Assembly: GCF_052425735.1 (NCBI RefSeq)
Contig: NC_135762.1
Span: 12,834,001-12,898,000 of the forward strand
Direction of reading: 5' to 3'
Length of the DNA: 64,000 nt
DNA from: Oculina patagonica
Lineage: Eukaryota
The position numbers and the translations under genes were made by a program. A model generated the notes under the pieces. The model did not search any database, was not told where the DNA came from, and saw only the letters and a list, made by a program, of their open reading frames with translations. Below are positions 12,201 through 25,083 of this stretch, piece by piece (the stretch's first letter is position 1; each line of letters starts with the position of its first letter).

Positions 12201-14442
12201 GTTAAGACGGTGGACAGAAGTTTTTGGGTCAGCGGCAACGTACGAGTCACTGGCGCGAGCATTGCAGCATCCCATTGTGGGAAGAGCAGAACTCGCTGTC
12301 AAGTACTGTGATGTTTGCGGAGATCCATATCAAGGTAGATAGTTAAAAACTCCAGCGGACCTTAGGATTCTGACGAAAAGGGTTCAACAAATGATTAACA
12401 ATTTCATCTTAATGAATGCCCTTTACCCTGTTTTCTTATATAGCTAGCTTCACCAAACCCTTTGCTGAGATTGGTCATCCGTGCGGGCAGGGTGGTGGAA
12501 TTGCCTCCTGTGTCCCGCAGTAAAAATGTTGGTCTTTAAGCCATAAAATAAATTATTTACTGGCCTTTTTCTTTTCTTTTTTGCATAATTATGGACCTCA
12601 TCGATGCATCGATTAATTAGTACGCAAAAAAAGAACTTTCCCAAACCCGACCATCTTGATTTCACAAGGTTGGTCAATAACCTTATATCTGATGCAGTTT
12701 TAGATGTGGACACCGCACCTATCCCTTCTAAGACTGCTGATGTTTGCGGTTCGAGTTGCCCAGTTTTCCTGTCATACCAGTGGGATTTACAAGACACAGT
12801 GAAGAGACTGAAAAGCAGGATGGAAGAGAGTGGGATTCAATGTTGGATGGACATCGGACAAATGGGCGGTGGCGATGCTCTGTTTGCAAAGATAGATGCC
12901 GGTATTCGAGCGTGCAAGGTCAGATAAACTATTATGTAATCCTGACCATTCTTTCTTTGTTTCTTTTGGAAATCATAGTTCGATTTTGCCCTACAGTGAG
13001 CAGAAGGAAATGTGTCTTTTGTGATTGGTAATTGACGTTTTTCCCACTGGTTAAAGGGATCAGAAACCAAGAAAACCCAGTGTACCTGTGGTTTTATTGA
13101 ACCGGCTAACAGTTACATTGCAATCACGATATAACGACATTTGGCAGCTAAACAAATCTAACGAGTAAAAGGGACTATGTCACGGAAATCTCGCAGATTT
13201 TTGGTCTAAACTGTTCTGAAATTAGTGGTAGGCAACTTAACCCATAAAAAACAATATCTTTGAACATCTAAAGAAAGATATTACCTTCATTTGTGGATAG
13301 AAATCAAGCTACGGCTATAAATATCGATTTCTTGAAGATGCGCGGAAACAAATTGAAAACGTTTGCCTAACGTTTTCAAATTGCAATCCGTTTCCATCCG
13401 CACAATCCCCAGCTAATAATGCTAGTAAACAGTTTCAGTACTCTAATATAGCAATTTTGAATAAAAATGGACTATTATTTTTAGGTTTTCTGCGTCACAA
13501 ATATAAATTTTGGCTGTTCAAAAATCTGGTAAAATCCGTGACATAGTCTAAATATAGCTCTTTAAATATAGCTCTTTAACGAAATTGATATAACGAACGC
13601 CCTTGTTTTACACACCTCCCGTATTAACGAACCGTCTGGTGTAACGAAACTGGGGCCCGTTTCTCGAAAGACCCGGAATTTTTTCGGGTCCGCAAAGCCA
13701 TTGTAGTTACTGCATCTTAAAAACAGAGAAGTGTATGGGCCTGACAGTTTGTAGGAAGGGAACCCCTTTTCACATTGAAATATCATGGAATAAAATGGAA
13801 TAAAACAGCTCTGTGATCATAAAGTTTGAGATATTATCATGGCTTTCCGGGTGCGAAAACTTTTCGGGACCTTCGAGAAACGGGTCTCTGCTGACATATC
13901 AACTTTCTTTCCGATAGAACGAACTTCGTGATCTCAAAACTCCTGGTATAACGGACTTCCCGATAGACCGAACACCCTTGTAAAACTTACTAACAGATTT
14001 ATCAAACTACTGATATCTTCTAGATTCCCAGTATAATCTCCCGGTATAATCCAACTTCTATTAAAACAAAATTAAAACTAAATGCAAACAGTTGTATTCA
14101 ACTGGTTCCTTTATTTCTATAAGATAACCCGTTAGAACGAATACCTTTTGGACACATTGCAATTCTTTCTTCTTTTTTGTCCTGGCATAGGTCTTCGTTT
14201 GTTGCGTAACAGAAAAATACTGCCAATCAGACGCCTGCCAAGGAGAGGCCACCTTAGCTCATAGCTTAAAGAAACCCGTCATCCCTCTGTTGTTTGAAGA
14301 CATTTCCTGGCCTCCAGAAGGTCAACTCGCCTTGATCTTTACCAAGCTTCTTTACATCAAGATGACCGAGAAATATGGCACCATTCCCGATGCGGAGTTC
14401 CAGCAGCTTATGAGAAAAGTGGAAGAGTTTGTGAAACCCTGA
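226..14442 (+). CDS. ROCO-family gene copy A (5' exons outside window): pseudokinase C-lobe, SH3, Roc, COR, death domain, TIR
   Basis: Hand-spliced GT-AG exons with consistent phases: 226-399, 1695-1744, 2180-2294, 4200-4337, 4865-4974, 6753-6850, 6941-7323, 7766-8553, 9087-9336, 9800-10597, 11094-11133, 12023-12334, 12704-12918, 14191-14442 (TGA). Motifs: Roc P-loop GQARAGKT, STVGVEV, LWDFAGQ, VGTNAD; death domain LGTSWKMLGRTL; TIR VFLSY...CWMD...SDACQGEATLA...WPP. Confidence 0.9.
480..549. mobile_element. 70-bp palindromic MITE (hAT-like)
   Basis: TAGCCTCCCACGCAGTCGTTCTTAGGG...CCCTAAGAACGACTGCGTGGGAGGCTA, with an 8-bp TSD ATTTTATA at 472-479 and 550-557. Confidence 0.8.
3118..3532. mobile_element. 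Hairpin MITE interrupted by a SINE
   Basis: Outer inverted arms (agatgtaaaacgc..cattaa / ttaatg..gcgttttacatct) and inner inverted arms at ~3408-3440 / 3465-3498. Confidence 0.6.
3165..3406 (-). mobile_element. tRNA-derived SINE
   Basis: The minus strand has an A box TGGCTCAGTGG, a B box GGTTCGATTCC and a GGGTTTTTCTCCGGGTTCTCCGGTTTCCTCCC central domain typical of invertebrate SINE2 families. Confidence 0.8.
5459..6026. mobile_element. Tc1/mariner-type MITE
   Basis: TIRs CAGTCAACTCTCTCT...AGAGAGAGTTGACTG, TA at the left flank, and reiterated subterminal AAGACGGACACCT motifs. Confidence 0.75.
10645..10870 (-). mobile_element. 5'-truncated SINE (paralogous copy at ~42175-42400)
   Basis: SINE body/tail (..CCATCGCAGGGTTACCCCCCAGCAT..CATTTATAC..CCCAAGGACACAAC), nearly identical in the same intron of both gene copies. 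Confidence 0.6.
11554..11917. mobile_element. TTAA-targeting (Kolobok-like) MITE, copy A only
   Basis: TTAA|AGGGGCTATGTC...GACAAAGCCCCT|CTAA. The empty site TTTTAAGGC is at ~43141 in copy B. A related element lies at ~13170-13550. Confidence 0.65.
13170..13550. mobile_element. Second member of the same Kolobok-like MITE family, copy A only
   Basis: AGGGACTATGTCACGG...CCGTGACATAGTC. The body aligns with 11554-11917 and is absent from the copy B intron. Confidence 0.6.
13653..13887. mobile_element. PIF/Harbinger-like MITE, copy A only
   Basis: GGGCCCGTTTCTCGAA...TTCGAGAAACGGGTC with 3-bp CTG flanks. Confidence 0.6.
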
Positions 14443-14899
14443 GATTTGTTCGGTATCCAGCCTAAGAGGTTCCCCAGATGTGAACTACATGAAACGATGG
14501 TTGTTTTATACGGAATGGCAACGATCAACCATTGCGTGGAGTGTCCTCATGCACGTAATCTGAATTATTTTCTTATGCGAACATTAACTATCGTTTACGT
14601 TTGGAAACTCTAGTATGACTACTGCAAAAACACCTTGTAGACAGCATTCGGAGAAACGGACATCCATTGCACATGGCTGAGTAGCCTTGCTCATCTTCCC
14701 AGCTGATCCCAGGTGTTTAAAGGACGGATAGCACTACCTGCCTGATAAATCACTGTCCAGTGGATAGCGTGGTTATTTTTGTCGACACTTATCCACTGGA
14801 TAGCGACTCCCGATTGATCGCGTTATCCACCGTTTGATCATCAGGGCAATGGGAGTGCATTTTTAGCCAATAAAAAAGTAGACAATTGTTTGTAAATGA

Positions 14900-15165
14900 C
14901 AGGCGTGTTGGCCTTATGATGAGTGCACTGGACTCCGGTCTCGAGCCCTGGTGAAGGTCACTGCGCTGTATTCTTCGGAAAGATACTTTACTCGAATGTT
15001 GCCATTCTTCAGCTCGGATTATATATGAGTGTGGAATATCATCCTATCTACATGTAGGGGATAAGGAGGAATAGAAGTACTTCTTGTCGCTTCATACTAC
15101 TACAACCATAGATAAGCGCCAGCGTGATGGGCCACTAGTTCGAACGTAGACGTTAAACCTTTCAA
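14900..15165 (+). mobile_element. Degenerate tRNA-derived SINE (paralogue at ~45487-45750; a related copy at ~24355-24570)
   Basis: The GGTGGCCTAGTGGTTAGTGCACTGGACTCC head is best preserved in the 45487 copy. It is followed by a GGGCCACTAGGCTCG..AGAC tail. Confidence 0.55.
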
Positions 15166-16669
15166 GTTCGACATTTTCATGACGCGCCTTGCCCGCTTCC
15201 AAGGATAAGATCTGAAATGGTGTGAAACGTGCCTTAAATTAGTGAATAATGATAGTGATTGCACACATCTTTATATAATAACAGCAGTGTATCTAAATAT
15301 TTCTATACACTGTTCGAAATAGAAAAATTCTAAACAGCGTTTGACTGTATATTTTTGACGGCAAATACTATATTTTATATTTTTATTTTTTATTTTTATT
15401 TAATTTCATTGTATTTTTAGCTCCCCGGCTACGTTTTTTGTTCCTTTTGGAGGGAGGAGGGTAAGGGGCGGGAATAACGATTAAGAAATTCATTTGAAGT
15501 AAAACATTTTCGCGCCCTTTTCTTTATTCTCTGTCAGAATTATTTATAGCGACAATCTAATCTTAAAATAACAGGGTAGATACAAGCTGACAAACTGCAT
15601 GAAATAATCCTGAGTAAAATAAACCAAACAGCCTTGTTGCAGTTTTATTAACATTAAATAGAAAAAAGAAATCTCGATCTCTGATACACACATCTGAATC
15701 ACAATTAACGTAATCATAATATATTAATACTCTTTATTGTGGTGTGACACTTTCGATAGTCTCTTCGAACTACTCTACAATCTCTAGAAGCACTGTTGAC
15801 AAAAAAAAGAAGAAGAAAAGGTTGCTACAAAAAAGCGAGTCGCTAGAAGAGAAAGGGAATAGAGTATATTTCAGCCTTGGTATGATAATATGAACTTATA
15901 TGATTAAAAATAATAGATTAAAATCATTAATTAATAAATAATCTATTAATTAAAAAGATATATTTTTAGATAAAACGGCTTCACTGTTTTTATTTGTTTC
16001 AACATCTATTCCATGGAACAATTAGTTGGAACAGTTGAATCTGTAATTGACAATCCTCGAATCCTTCTCTGATCAAACTTGTCAAATTTGACCAATTTCC
16101 ATGTTCACATGATAAGCGAATTTAACAAGATTAACGAGACTCAGGTGGAAAAATCATGGACCTTACGACTTAATTTATGACTACGTAGTCAAGTATTAAG
16201 CAGTCAAATCAATTTTAACGATTTTGACCAATTTTTAATTATCGCATAAGGATTAGCAAAAAGCATTCGGACGCGATTCCTTTTTCATGATAGGTAAAAC
16301 AATTTTCATGATCTTGCGTGAAAAATAGATCTTAACCGCAGCTATGCGTTAAAAATCGATAAAATCATGAAAATTGATTATGTCGATTGATACATTTTGA
16401 GGGGGTGAATAGCTTTGTGGAACAACGGATTTAAGAATGAGCCCGGATTGCGGTTTTTTGAGATAAACTGAGCAAATCGCGGATAAGCTGAGAATTTTTG
16501 CGCGGATCCCGGACTCTTCATGCGAGGAAGCTCTGATCGTGGATACTAGTAAAAGGAAGTTCGGATCACTTTGGTCGATCTTCGAGCAAATGAATATGTT
16601 GACCCGTTTGTTCTTAAAAACTGGTGGGTCAGCAGATAGCCGCAGGTTTTGACTCCTGTATGTATGAAA

Positions 16670-18152
16670 ACTTCAACTGCATATCGTAAACATCACAGCT
16701 GTGAAACTACCTTGATCACCCTGGTCGAGGCATGGAAGAGGGCAAGGGACGAGAATCTTGTTGTTAACATTCTTTCCACTGACATGTAAAAGGCGTTTGA
16801 CTCCCTACACCCACCACTGCTGTTAAGTCCTGGACGGACTTATACAACTCCTGAAAAGCTACCTTAGTGACAGATACAATCGTGTCAAAATGGGCAACCA
16901 AGTCAGTTCGAACAGGTTGGTGAATCGAGGCTGTCCCCAGGGCTCTGCCCTGGGGCCGTTACTATGGAACATTTTTCAGAACGACCTTCCCTTGTGCATA
17001 GCAACCAGACCATCTATGTACGCTGACGATCATCAAATTTACCACAGTGGTCACGATCTAGTGGAGGTTACATCCAAGCTTAGTGAAAGTGCGGATCAGG
17101 CAACAAAGTGGTACGAGTCAAACTTGCTGGCCGGAAACCTAAAGAAATATCAGACGTTGAACATCGGCTGCAGCAAGACAACTGACTCAGGCACTAGTGC
17201 AGTGATCTAAACTAACAATCAGAAAATTGAGACCGCTGATACTCTTAAACTTTTAGGGGTAACTATTGACTCCAGACTGAATTTTTCGGAACACGTTAGC
17301 TCAGCCTGCATAAAGGCAAGTCAGAGAATCGGCGTACTAATGCGACTAAGGAACTTAATCCCCACTAAGGCCAAACTTCAGTTATACAAGTCAGCTGTAC
17401 TTTTACTTTCACTTTATCCAAGTTGCCATTTCACTTTACATTTATCCACATCTATCATTTAGACATATTTGAGCCTGCAGTGGGCAGGACATGAGTCACA
17501 CATGAGAACCTAGTATATGACCTTGCTCACAACGAGTCTCCCATAGCTCAGTGGTTAGAGCGTCCAACCGGTATTCTGGAAGGTCTTGGGTTCGACTCTC
17601 GTTAATTGGGGGAACTCGGAAAAATCTTTTTTCCGAGTATTCAACTTGAGAACGCTTATTCATTTACTTGTACTGTCACACCTTACTTATTGTCACCTAG
17701 TGTGGCACTTTTGCAGAGCTAGCGATGCACGCAAACTTGAACGACTACAGGAAAGGGGCTTGAGGGCCGTTTACAAGAACAAGCATGCTGGTTATACTGA
17801 GCTACTGGAGAGAGCCAAGTTGCCAACACTAGCAAACAGGCGTTTACAGGACATATGTATTCTCATGTATAAAGTTAAACATAGATTATGTCCTAATAGC
17901 ATCTGTAACATTTTTAACGAGCATACTTCCACATATAACCTGAGGCAATCAGATTTTTCTACTTCTAGATACAACACTGTTACTTATTGAAAGCACTCTT
18001 TGCATTATGTAGGATCCAAACTATGGGGCAAACTTTCTACGGCTGACAGATCAGCCAAGACACTGCAGGCTTTTACAAACTGTATTCGAAAAAGGGATAT
18101 AACTCGCTTAATGGACACCGGCTGTAAGGGCTGCATCCTATGCTGCACATAA
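16670..18152 (+). pseudogene. 5'-truncated, decayed non-LTR retrotransposon (CR1/L2-group) reverse transcriptase
   Basis: STAYRKHHSCETTL, DM*KAFDSL, GCPQGSALGPLLWNIF and YADD motifs, with in-frame stops. It is interrupted by a SINE and absent from the paralogous segment near 47750. Confidence 0.88.
17400..17670 (+). mobile_element. tRNA-head repeat inserted in the LINE
   Basis: A box TAGCTCAGTGGTTAGAGC and B box GGTTCGACTC. Same family as 63140-63330. Confidence 0.65.
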
Positions 18153-18160
18153 TGCCTCTC

Positions 18161-19387
18161 GAGAGGGTCCTGAAGGGGTAAAATGGGAACTGGGATTTGC
18201 CTATTTTGACTGGGATTTGCCTATTTTTTCACTGGGAAAATGGGATTTAGGTCACTGGGACTGGGATTCAGAAACAAAAAATGGGAATGGGAAGCGTGTC
18301 AGTACATGACTAAACCAGCATATTTTTGCGCTCTATAATGTTATGTTCTTAAAGTCCGGCACTGAATAGTTAAAACGCTGAAAACAAAACGACCGCACTG
18401 CACGAGTGTCCATCAAGTCTCGATTAATTTTTGTGTAAGTGAAGAAGTTACTCAGCGGAACAGCTATGACTGAGGATCGGCACAAATGGAATATTTAAAA
18501 GAAGTGACAGCAAGTTGTGTCAGTCAGGGTAGTGGTAGGTATGGGATAAAAACTTGATAGCTTTAGTTAAAGCTACAAAAAATTTCTATTATTCTCTTAT
18601 TATTATTATTCTATTATTAACTAGCAGATCATGATTTTGGGTAGTCCAGTCCGTGAACTATCCCTTCTGCGACCCAGGTGCGAAAAGAAAGTCCAGGATA
18701 ACTTGCATGTGCATGCTTTTAAAAACAAACCAATGAAAAAGGACAGAGACGTGTGGTGTTTCTTACATGTAACGTGTGCGTTAGGGTAAAAATAGTTTGC
18801 TAAAATGAAAAATTCAACTATGCGACTAAAGCGCGCGATCTGCAAGAAAAAATATTGTAACCTTTGTCTTAAGCCGTAATTAAATAAATATGTACTAAAT
18901 CCACAAATACTAAATTTTTGAATTTCTCATCTGTGCGCGTGCGTGTCCAAAGGTGCTGTGGAATATGGTTTATATAACCAGATTGATTGCAAGGCTGGTA
19001 CTACGGGAGGAAGGCAAGATTTATTGGCCAATATTTCAACTAGCAGAGCTAGTTTTTTTCAGGGCCAGTACTATAATCTAAGGAAAATAACGTCTCTAAA
19101 ATTTGAATTCCAGTGCAAGTAGCTCTGGACTCGCTCTTCCTGCGCCTGGGTTCAATCCCTATATAGGGCACCGAAGGGAAAGTTCAGGGAGTGTACTACA
19201 TTTAGGACAATAAAAATCCACACAGATATAATGTGCTTGAGACCAGATTTGCCGCACACTGGGAATTTCACTGCTGGGACTGGGATTTAGACAAAAAATA
19301 GGCTGGGAAATGGGATTTGGGCAAAATTTGGGCTGGGAAATGGGATTTGGTACCCCCCCCCCCCCCCCCCCCCTTCAGGACCCTCTC
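18161..19387. mobile_element. Non-autonomous DNA transposon in the LINE 3' end
   Basis: TIR GAGAGGGTCCTGAAGGG...CCCTTCAGGACCCTCTC, subterminal (TGGGATTT/CTGGGAAA) repeats, and TC on both flanks. Confidence 0.7.
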
Positions 19388-19571
19388 TCGAGTCAAGTCA
19401 TTTTTTTTAACAATTAGATAAAGATTTTATCGTAGATTATAATAAATTTTTTATATGACTTGTATATATTTTTATTGTATTTATAATATTAGTATTAGTG
19501 TAGTTTTTAGTTTTTAGCAGTGTCCCCTAATTAGTATGGGTGTTTTTTTCCCAGGCTATAAGGTTTTTTTG

Positions 19572-19737
19572 NNNNNNNNNNNNNNNNNNNNNNNNNNNNN
19601 NNNNNNNNNNNNNNNNNNNNNNNNNNNNNNNNNNNNNNNNNNNNNNNNNNNNNNNNNNNNNNNNNNNNNNNNNNNNNNNNNNNNNNNNNNNNNNNNNNNN
19701 NNNNNNNNNNNNNNNNNNNNNNNNNNNNNNNNNNNNN
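19572..19737. other. Assembly gap (N run)
   Basis: Run of n characters. Confidence 1.
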
Positions 19738-22669
19738 TGATAAATATCATTATAAAATATGGATTTACAGTGTTTGGCACCGATTCTGAGACTAACACTT
19801 CGTTAATGCAGTTCAGCATTTATACGATTTTTGCGATGTTCGGTTCCTTTGCCTCAATTTTCGCGGAGTTCGAATTAAGGTCCTGCGAACATAAGTGTAA
19901 GATGTATTCAACAATGTGTTGGTGTTTGATTTGGTACATTAAAAAGAATTCATTGCATCCAATACAAAGCAGAAACTGGTAATTAATGTCAGTAGAGACT
20001 TGTCAATAAAGGGACACGTTTAATGCAATTCAAGTATACATGTAAGAGAAAATTGAGGTTCGATGTGCCATTTTCCCCATAGCCCTTTCGTTTCTCTTAG
20101 CCGTCTGGGCCTTGGCACGTGAAAACGAAGGGCGCTGGAGACACAGGATTTCCAGTCCTAGATTCTAGGACTTCCGGTCTTCATGTATGCCGTCACGATG
20201 TTTCAAAAAGATGTATGAGAGAGTCGTTGCGCTTTTGACTTCCTTTTAGGAATTCTTTGTTCCAAACAGCCAATCAAAAAAAAAAAAATCGAATTTATTC
20301 AAAAATCTTAATGTCCCCAGAGCCCTTCGTTTTATCGTGCCAAGGCCTAGTCTAAGGGCTATGGGGACGAGAATGCGAAGTGCAAGTTGGGCAACCTCGT
20401 TCCAGGGCTTTCTCGTCAGTGGTTAAGCTTAAAGACTCTGGGGACAAGATTGCGCACTTTGCTCTATATCGTGGCACCAGATCCTTCTTTGGGTTGATCT
20501 ATGAAATTAGGGACTGACCATTATTTTTTTGGAGGGGGGGCGGGATGAAAAATATTGAAAAAAATTGTTTGTAGGGCCTAAAAAGACAAAATAAATTGTC
20601 TGCAAACACGATATGTATAACAAAAAATAGTTAGAATTTCGAAAAAAAATGTTTGCAGAGGTGCATAAACTAAAAGAAAATTTTGCAGAGGAAAATTTTT
20701 CATCCCCCCTCCAAGAAAATTATGGTCCGTCCCTTAGCAGAGATTTTGGTTGCAGGTCCCTGCCTAAACATTCGCTTTGTTTTTTCTCATTGGCTTTAGT
20801 TTGAACTAAAGTTTTTGATGTGAATGATATTTTGTGGTAATTAATAGAGGATGCTTACCATCTGTAGGAAAATCCAGTTAGTGTGACCGAATATACCGAC
20901 CAACGGGATGAGATGGCGCTTACAATTAAACGATCATCAGGCCTTCCGTTCGATCTGGTGCGAGATTCGATGTTCTTTTTCTAGTGGGGAGGGGGGGGGG
21001 GGGGTGTCTCGCTTTGATTTTCGAATCTGTTATCTGAACCGTTGGCTGTATTGATAATGACGAAGTGAAGGGGTCGAATTTCAGGTGGGAAACGAGCGAT
21101 TTTCGGGCGGTTGCAGTTGAATTTGAAAGCCAGTTGACATTTAACAAAGAAAGGAACTAGATATCTGCGGTACCGCTGATCTTGATTTGAAGCGTTTATG
21201 TCCATTCTTCGAGAATACTTTGGCCTTCAAACGATCGACAAGCGTTCGCTATCTCAGTCTCCAGCCTTGTCTTTTTTCATAGTGAAACACCACCAGCCAG
21301 CGCTACTCCGATAACGGTCCCTGTGGGGAGAGGCTCGAGTTTGTCGCCTTTTTCATACCTAACTAGGGGATGGAGAGTGCTTATTGATCTTACGAGCTCA
21401 ACACGAAATTGAGAAACAATACCCATTGTTTGTTCGGTTTAGAGATTAGCCAAAAACTAAAATCTCCTAGCAACGGCAGAAGTTTTTCCTACCCAGTGTT
21501 TTCTTATTTCGTACCGTAACTTATAAAATGCAAATTAGTTTAGCATCCAGGACTTTTCGTCTGGAAAAAAGCTTGGTTACCCAAGTGTTGTGGAACCGTC
21601 TTTTCCAACCGCGGAAGAGTAAACATTTTTGATAGAACATGGAGAAATCCACTTATCCTGTAGCTCTCATGCTTTACGCTGTTCGATTCGATGATGCAAG
21701 TAGTTGTGTGTCACTCCGATAAATCAATACCAAAACAACAACAACAAAAATATTATGACATCTCATACTGAAGGTAGGTTGAATTAGTATTATCAATAAT
21801 CATGAATTCTATAGAATACAGGGCTACTATTTTTGTATTAAGCTAACATAAAATAAGAATAGGCTTACTTATTGCGTTATGCCTCGTTCTACAAAAGGAT
21901 TCCGACACATAAGCCCACACAAAAGAGGTGGATAAAGGGGTTACGCATTCCTCTGTGAGCAAATGGTTCGAACCAAAGCTAAATTAAGAACGTCGACTGG
22001 AGCGGAAGTCATAAAGAAGACTGAAGATGACTTCCGCTCATGTTGTCGAAACCTCAATCACCAACAACATTTCTGTTTAGAACTACTCTCACCCGGAAGA
22101 TCCTATGGCGTACGATCCCCGCCAAAATTCATTGTTTGGATTTTAACTTCGTCATAATTTTAAATTTTCAACTTCGACAATTGAATTTTACATCTCAATT
22201 GAAAATTTTACACCCTTCTTTTAGATTTCACATTATTGGAGATGTGTTGTACACTTATCTTTCCGTTTTCAAACTCAACGTTTGTATTTGACCTTGCTCG
22301 CTGCACATTTTTAACTCACGTAGAAAATTTTCAACTCGACTTTTTAATTTTTGTTTACGCTTCAGTGATCATTGGTCGAGACAATAAGCCTTTGTCGGGG
22401 AGGGAGAGGAGGGGATAGTCCTCCTCCCCAGGCTCATTCGGTTAGATTCCTGTCAGGATGGTGATTATAGAAAAATGTTGCTTCGATTGGAGCATTTAAA
22501 TCATACTCTTATAAATTCTGGGGAATTTCCTAATTCCTGATCAGGATATCAGGTGAGTTATTAGGTTCTTGGTCTTGTCACAGTTTTCACTAGTTTGTGA
22601 TAGAAAAAAATATATGGTTTTTTCTGATATTTGTAGCCTCCAAAGACTTAAATCAGGTAAATACTACTA

Positions 22670-23478
22670 CAGTCGAACCTCGATTATCCGGACCTCAATT
22701 ATCCGGATTTCTTGATTATCCGGACTTTTTCTCTGGTCCCAATTTTTTTATGAATATTAATTAGTCACATTCAAGACCAGATATAACTAAGTTCTACGAC
22801 GATTTTAACATTATCTCAAGGTGGTTTACCTGTCAAAAAACATTATAAAACCTCTGATGATGCAGTTTCCAATCGAACAACATTTCATACTTTGGCAGAC
22901 AACTTCCTTATTCAGTTTCCACTAGCCATAAAAACATTCACACAAATAAATTTGCTTTCTGTCTTTGCTTACTTGTATTATACTGAAGTTTACAAGGAAA
23001 AATGGCAAAATGCAGAATGTTTAAATCCTTCTACGAAGTGAAAAACATAGTGAAAGTTCGATCGGTCGACACCGCATGTTAGCATCAAGTCTAGTCACCA
23101 GGCCCATCACGAAAAGACGCAAGGAATGCCTGGAGGTTCAAAATTGTTTGCGAACGAATCGGTGTGGTTTCGGTGCCTTTTTCGGAGAAAAACTGTCTCA
23201 AAATGATCAATGTCTTCAGAATTTTTGTTTGTGAGGATGGTTAACAGCTGATTTATCGCTATTATGAAGCAATTTTTCTTTTTTTCCCTGTTTAAAGTGG
23301 AAAAATTTGACGAAGATGCGCAAGTTTGCAAACTTTGCGGATCCGCACCACCGCATCCTGTCAGATGCCCTCGTTTGTTTTTTTGGCTCATTAATATTCA
23401 TACTTTCGATTATCCGGACTCTCGATTATCCGGACTAATTAGCCTTCCCAAGAAGTCCGGATAATTGAGGTTCGACTG
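22670..23478. mobile_element. Tc1/mariner/pogo-type MITE
   Basis: TA|CAGTCGAACCTCGATTATCCGGAC...GTCCGGATAATTGAGGTTCGACTG|TA with internal TTATCCGGA repeats. Confidence 0.85.
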
Positions 23479-25083
23479 TACAACATCTTGCACCATGGAT
23501 GTTTATCACACATACATGTACTTTATAGTAATTTTTCTGGAGTCAATTGTTTCCAATGAGTTTTTCTACTACATTTTAAACTACATTTTACACTTTGATG
23601 TCCACCATGCTGGTCTTGTAAAGGTATGACAGCAACGTATATAAAATGGCCTCTGCAAACATATTTAACAAACTACAGATGGCGACCTTTGTGTCCAGTG
23701 AATGAACAGTCTCTCCTGTATGTAGCAACGCTCGATTGCTGTGCACTTGATAAACATGCTATGGCGGATTCTATACCAACCACGATGGAATCAGGCAATT
23801 CCCAGAATTTATAAGAATACGATATAAATGCTCCAATCGAAGCAACATTCTACTATAATCACCGTCCTGGCAGGAAACTAGCCGAAAAAAGCCTGGGGAG
23901 CAGCCAAAGGTACACTTTAGTTGCAAGCAGAGAACAGCATTGGCAAAAGATGATAGCAAACTGACTCAATAACTTGTCACCAAAGTTGTAAGTCAAATGT
24001 TTCAATAAATTATAAGTCTGTAATGATTATTGCAAAGTAAAAAAGTCGAGGTTTGAAGTTAAATGCCTAGGATTGTATTGGGTGTGAGACCAATTCATGA
24101 ATTGCAAAGTTATATATTTTAGGCCCTGTCCACACTGAAGTGATAAAAAAATGCTCATCATTTTCATCAAAATGGAGACTTAAATGTGTTTTCAAAATTT
24201 ATCATATCCCTGTGGATGATAGGGAGAAATACATCATCCCAAATTGCATTAGTGTGGACAGAGTTTTGGGTCTGTAAACATTTTTATTTTTGGTGCACGC
24301 GTTGGCCGGGAACAACTAATGTGCATGCAAATGTGCAATTCTCGAGTCTCATATGGGAGGCATGGTGGCCCATTAGTAAGCATGTTGGACTTCAGATTGA
24401 ATGACCCAGGTTCAAGCCCTGGTCAGGGTTATTGCATTTGTGTTCGTGGGTGGCGGTGGCAGTGGAGGTGGTGGTGGGTGGTAGTGGTAGTATTTCAAAG
24501 TATCCATGGGTACCAGGGAATTGAATGCTGGGGTGTAACCATGAGATGAACTAGCATCCCGTCCAGGAAAGTGTGCAGGAACCTTTAGGATTATTGTAGA
24601 AGGGCCTGACCCTGCCTGCAAAGTTCTTTCTGGACCTTTCAATTAAGGACCCTTCAGGGCCCAGTGTCAAGGCCCTACAACTCCTACTGGTTCCTTCAAA
24701 GAAGACTGACCTTAAAGTATCTTTGCAGGGACTTAATTGGCAGGGACCTTAAGATTTTTGTACTATCCCGGCCACAAGATCTCTGAGGATATTAATCCTT
24801 AAAGATTCACATCAAGACCAACAAAGATTGTGATGTAAGCTTATACATTTGTATCTTCAAAGTTATTGACGAATTTTGGAAGATTTTTTAGCAGGGTAGA
24901 CATCTATGACATGTTGTTATGATCTGTATATTGAGCAGAAATCGTTCTTTGTACATTGTGCACCACCACCTCCAAACAAAAAAAAACTTAACGCTTCCAG
25001 TTTTAATCTGTTTAGGTACTCATTTTAAGGGATCATTGTCATTGCCACTTGACGTAGCATACTCACTCTTTTATAGCTGAGCA

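Larger units (their letters stand above)
14443..22100. repeat. Intergenic part of the segmental duplication (paralogous to ~45047-60450)
   Basis: Colinear similarity once copy-specific insertions (LINE, Polinton, MITEs) are removed. Confidence 0.9.

Noticed and set aside
6921-12262. Antisense/alternative-frame ORFs over the Roc, COR and death exons (e.g. 6921-7241, 10222-10449, 12017-12262 and copy B equivalents)
   Set aside because: Shadows of the real coding exons. Their recurrence is explained by the duplication.
19536-19982. ORFs spanning the N run
   Set aside because: Artefacts of the assembly gap.
22420-23900. ~115-bp inverted repeat pair (22425-22537 / 23787-23900) as ends of one transposon
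   Set aside because: The arms are clearly diverged and no TSD was found. They may be two independent copies of a dispersed repeat.
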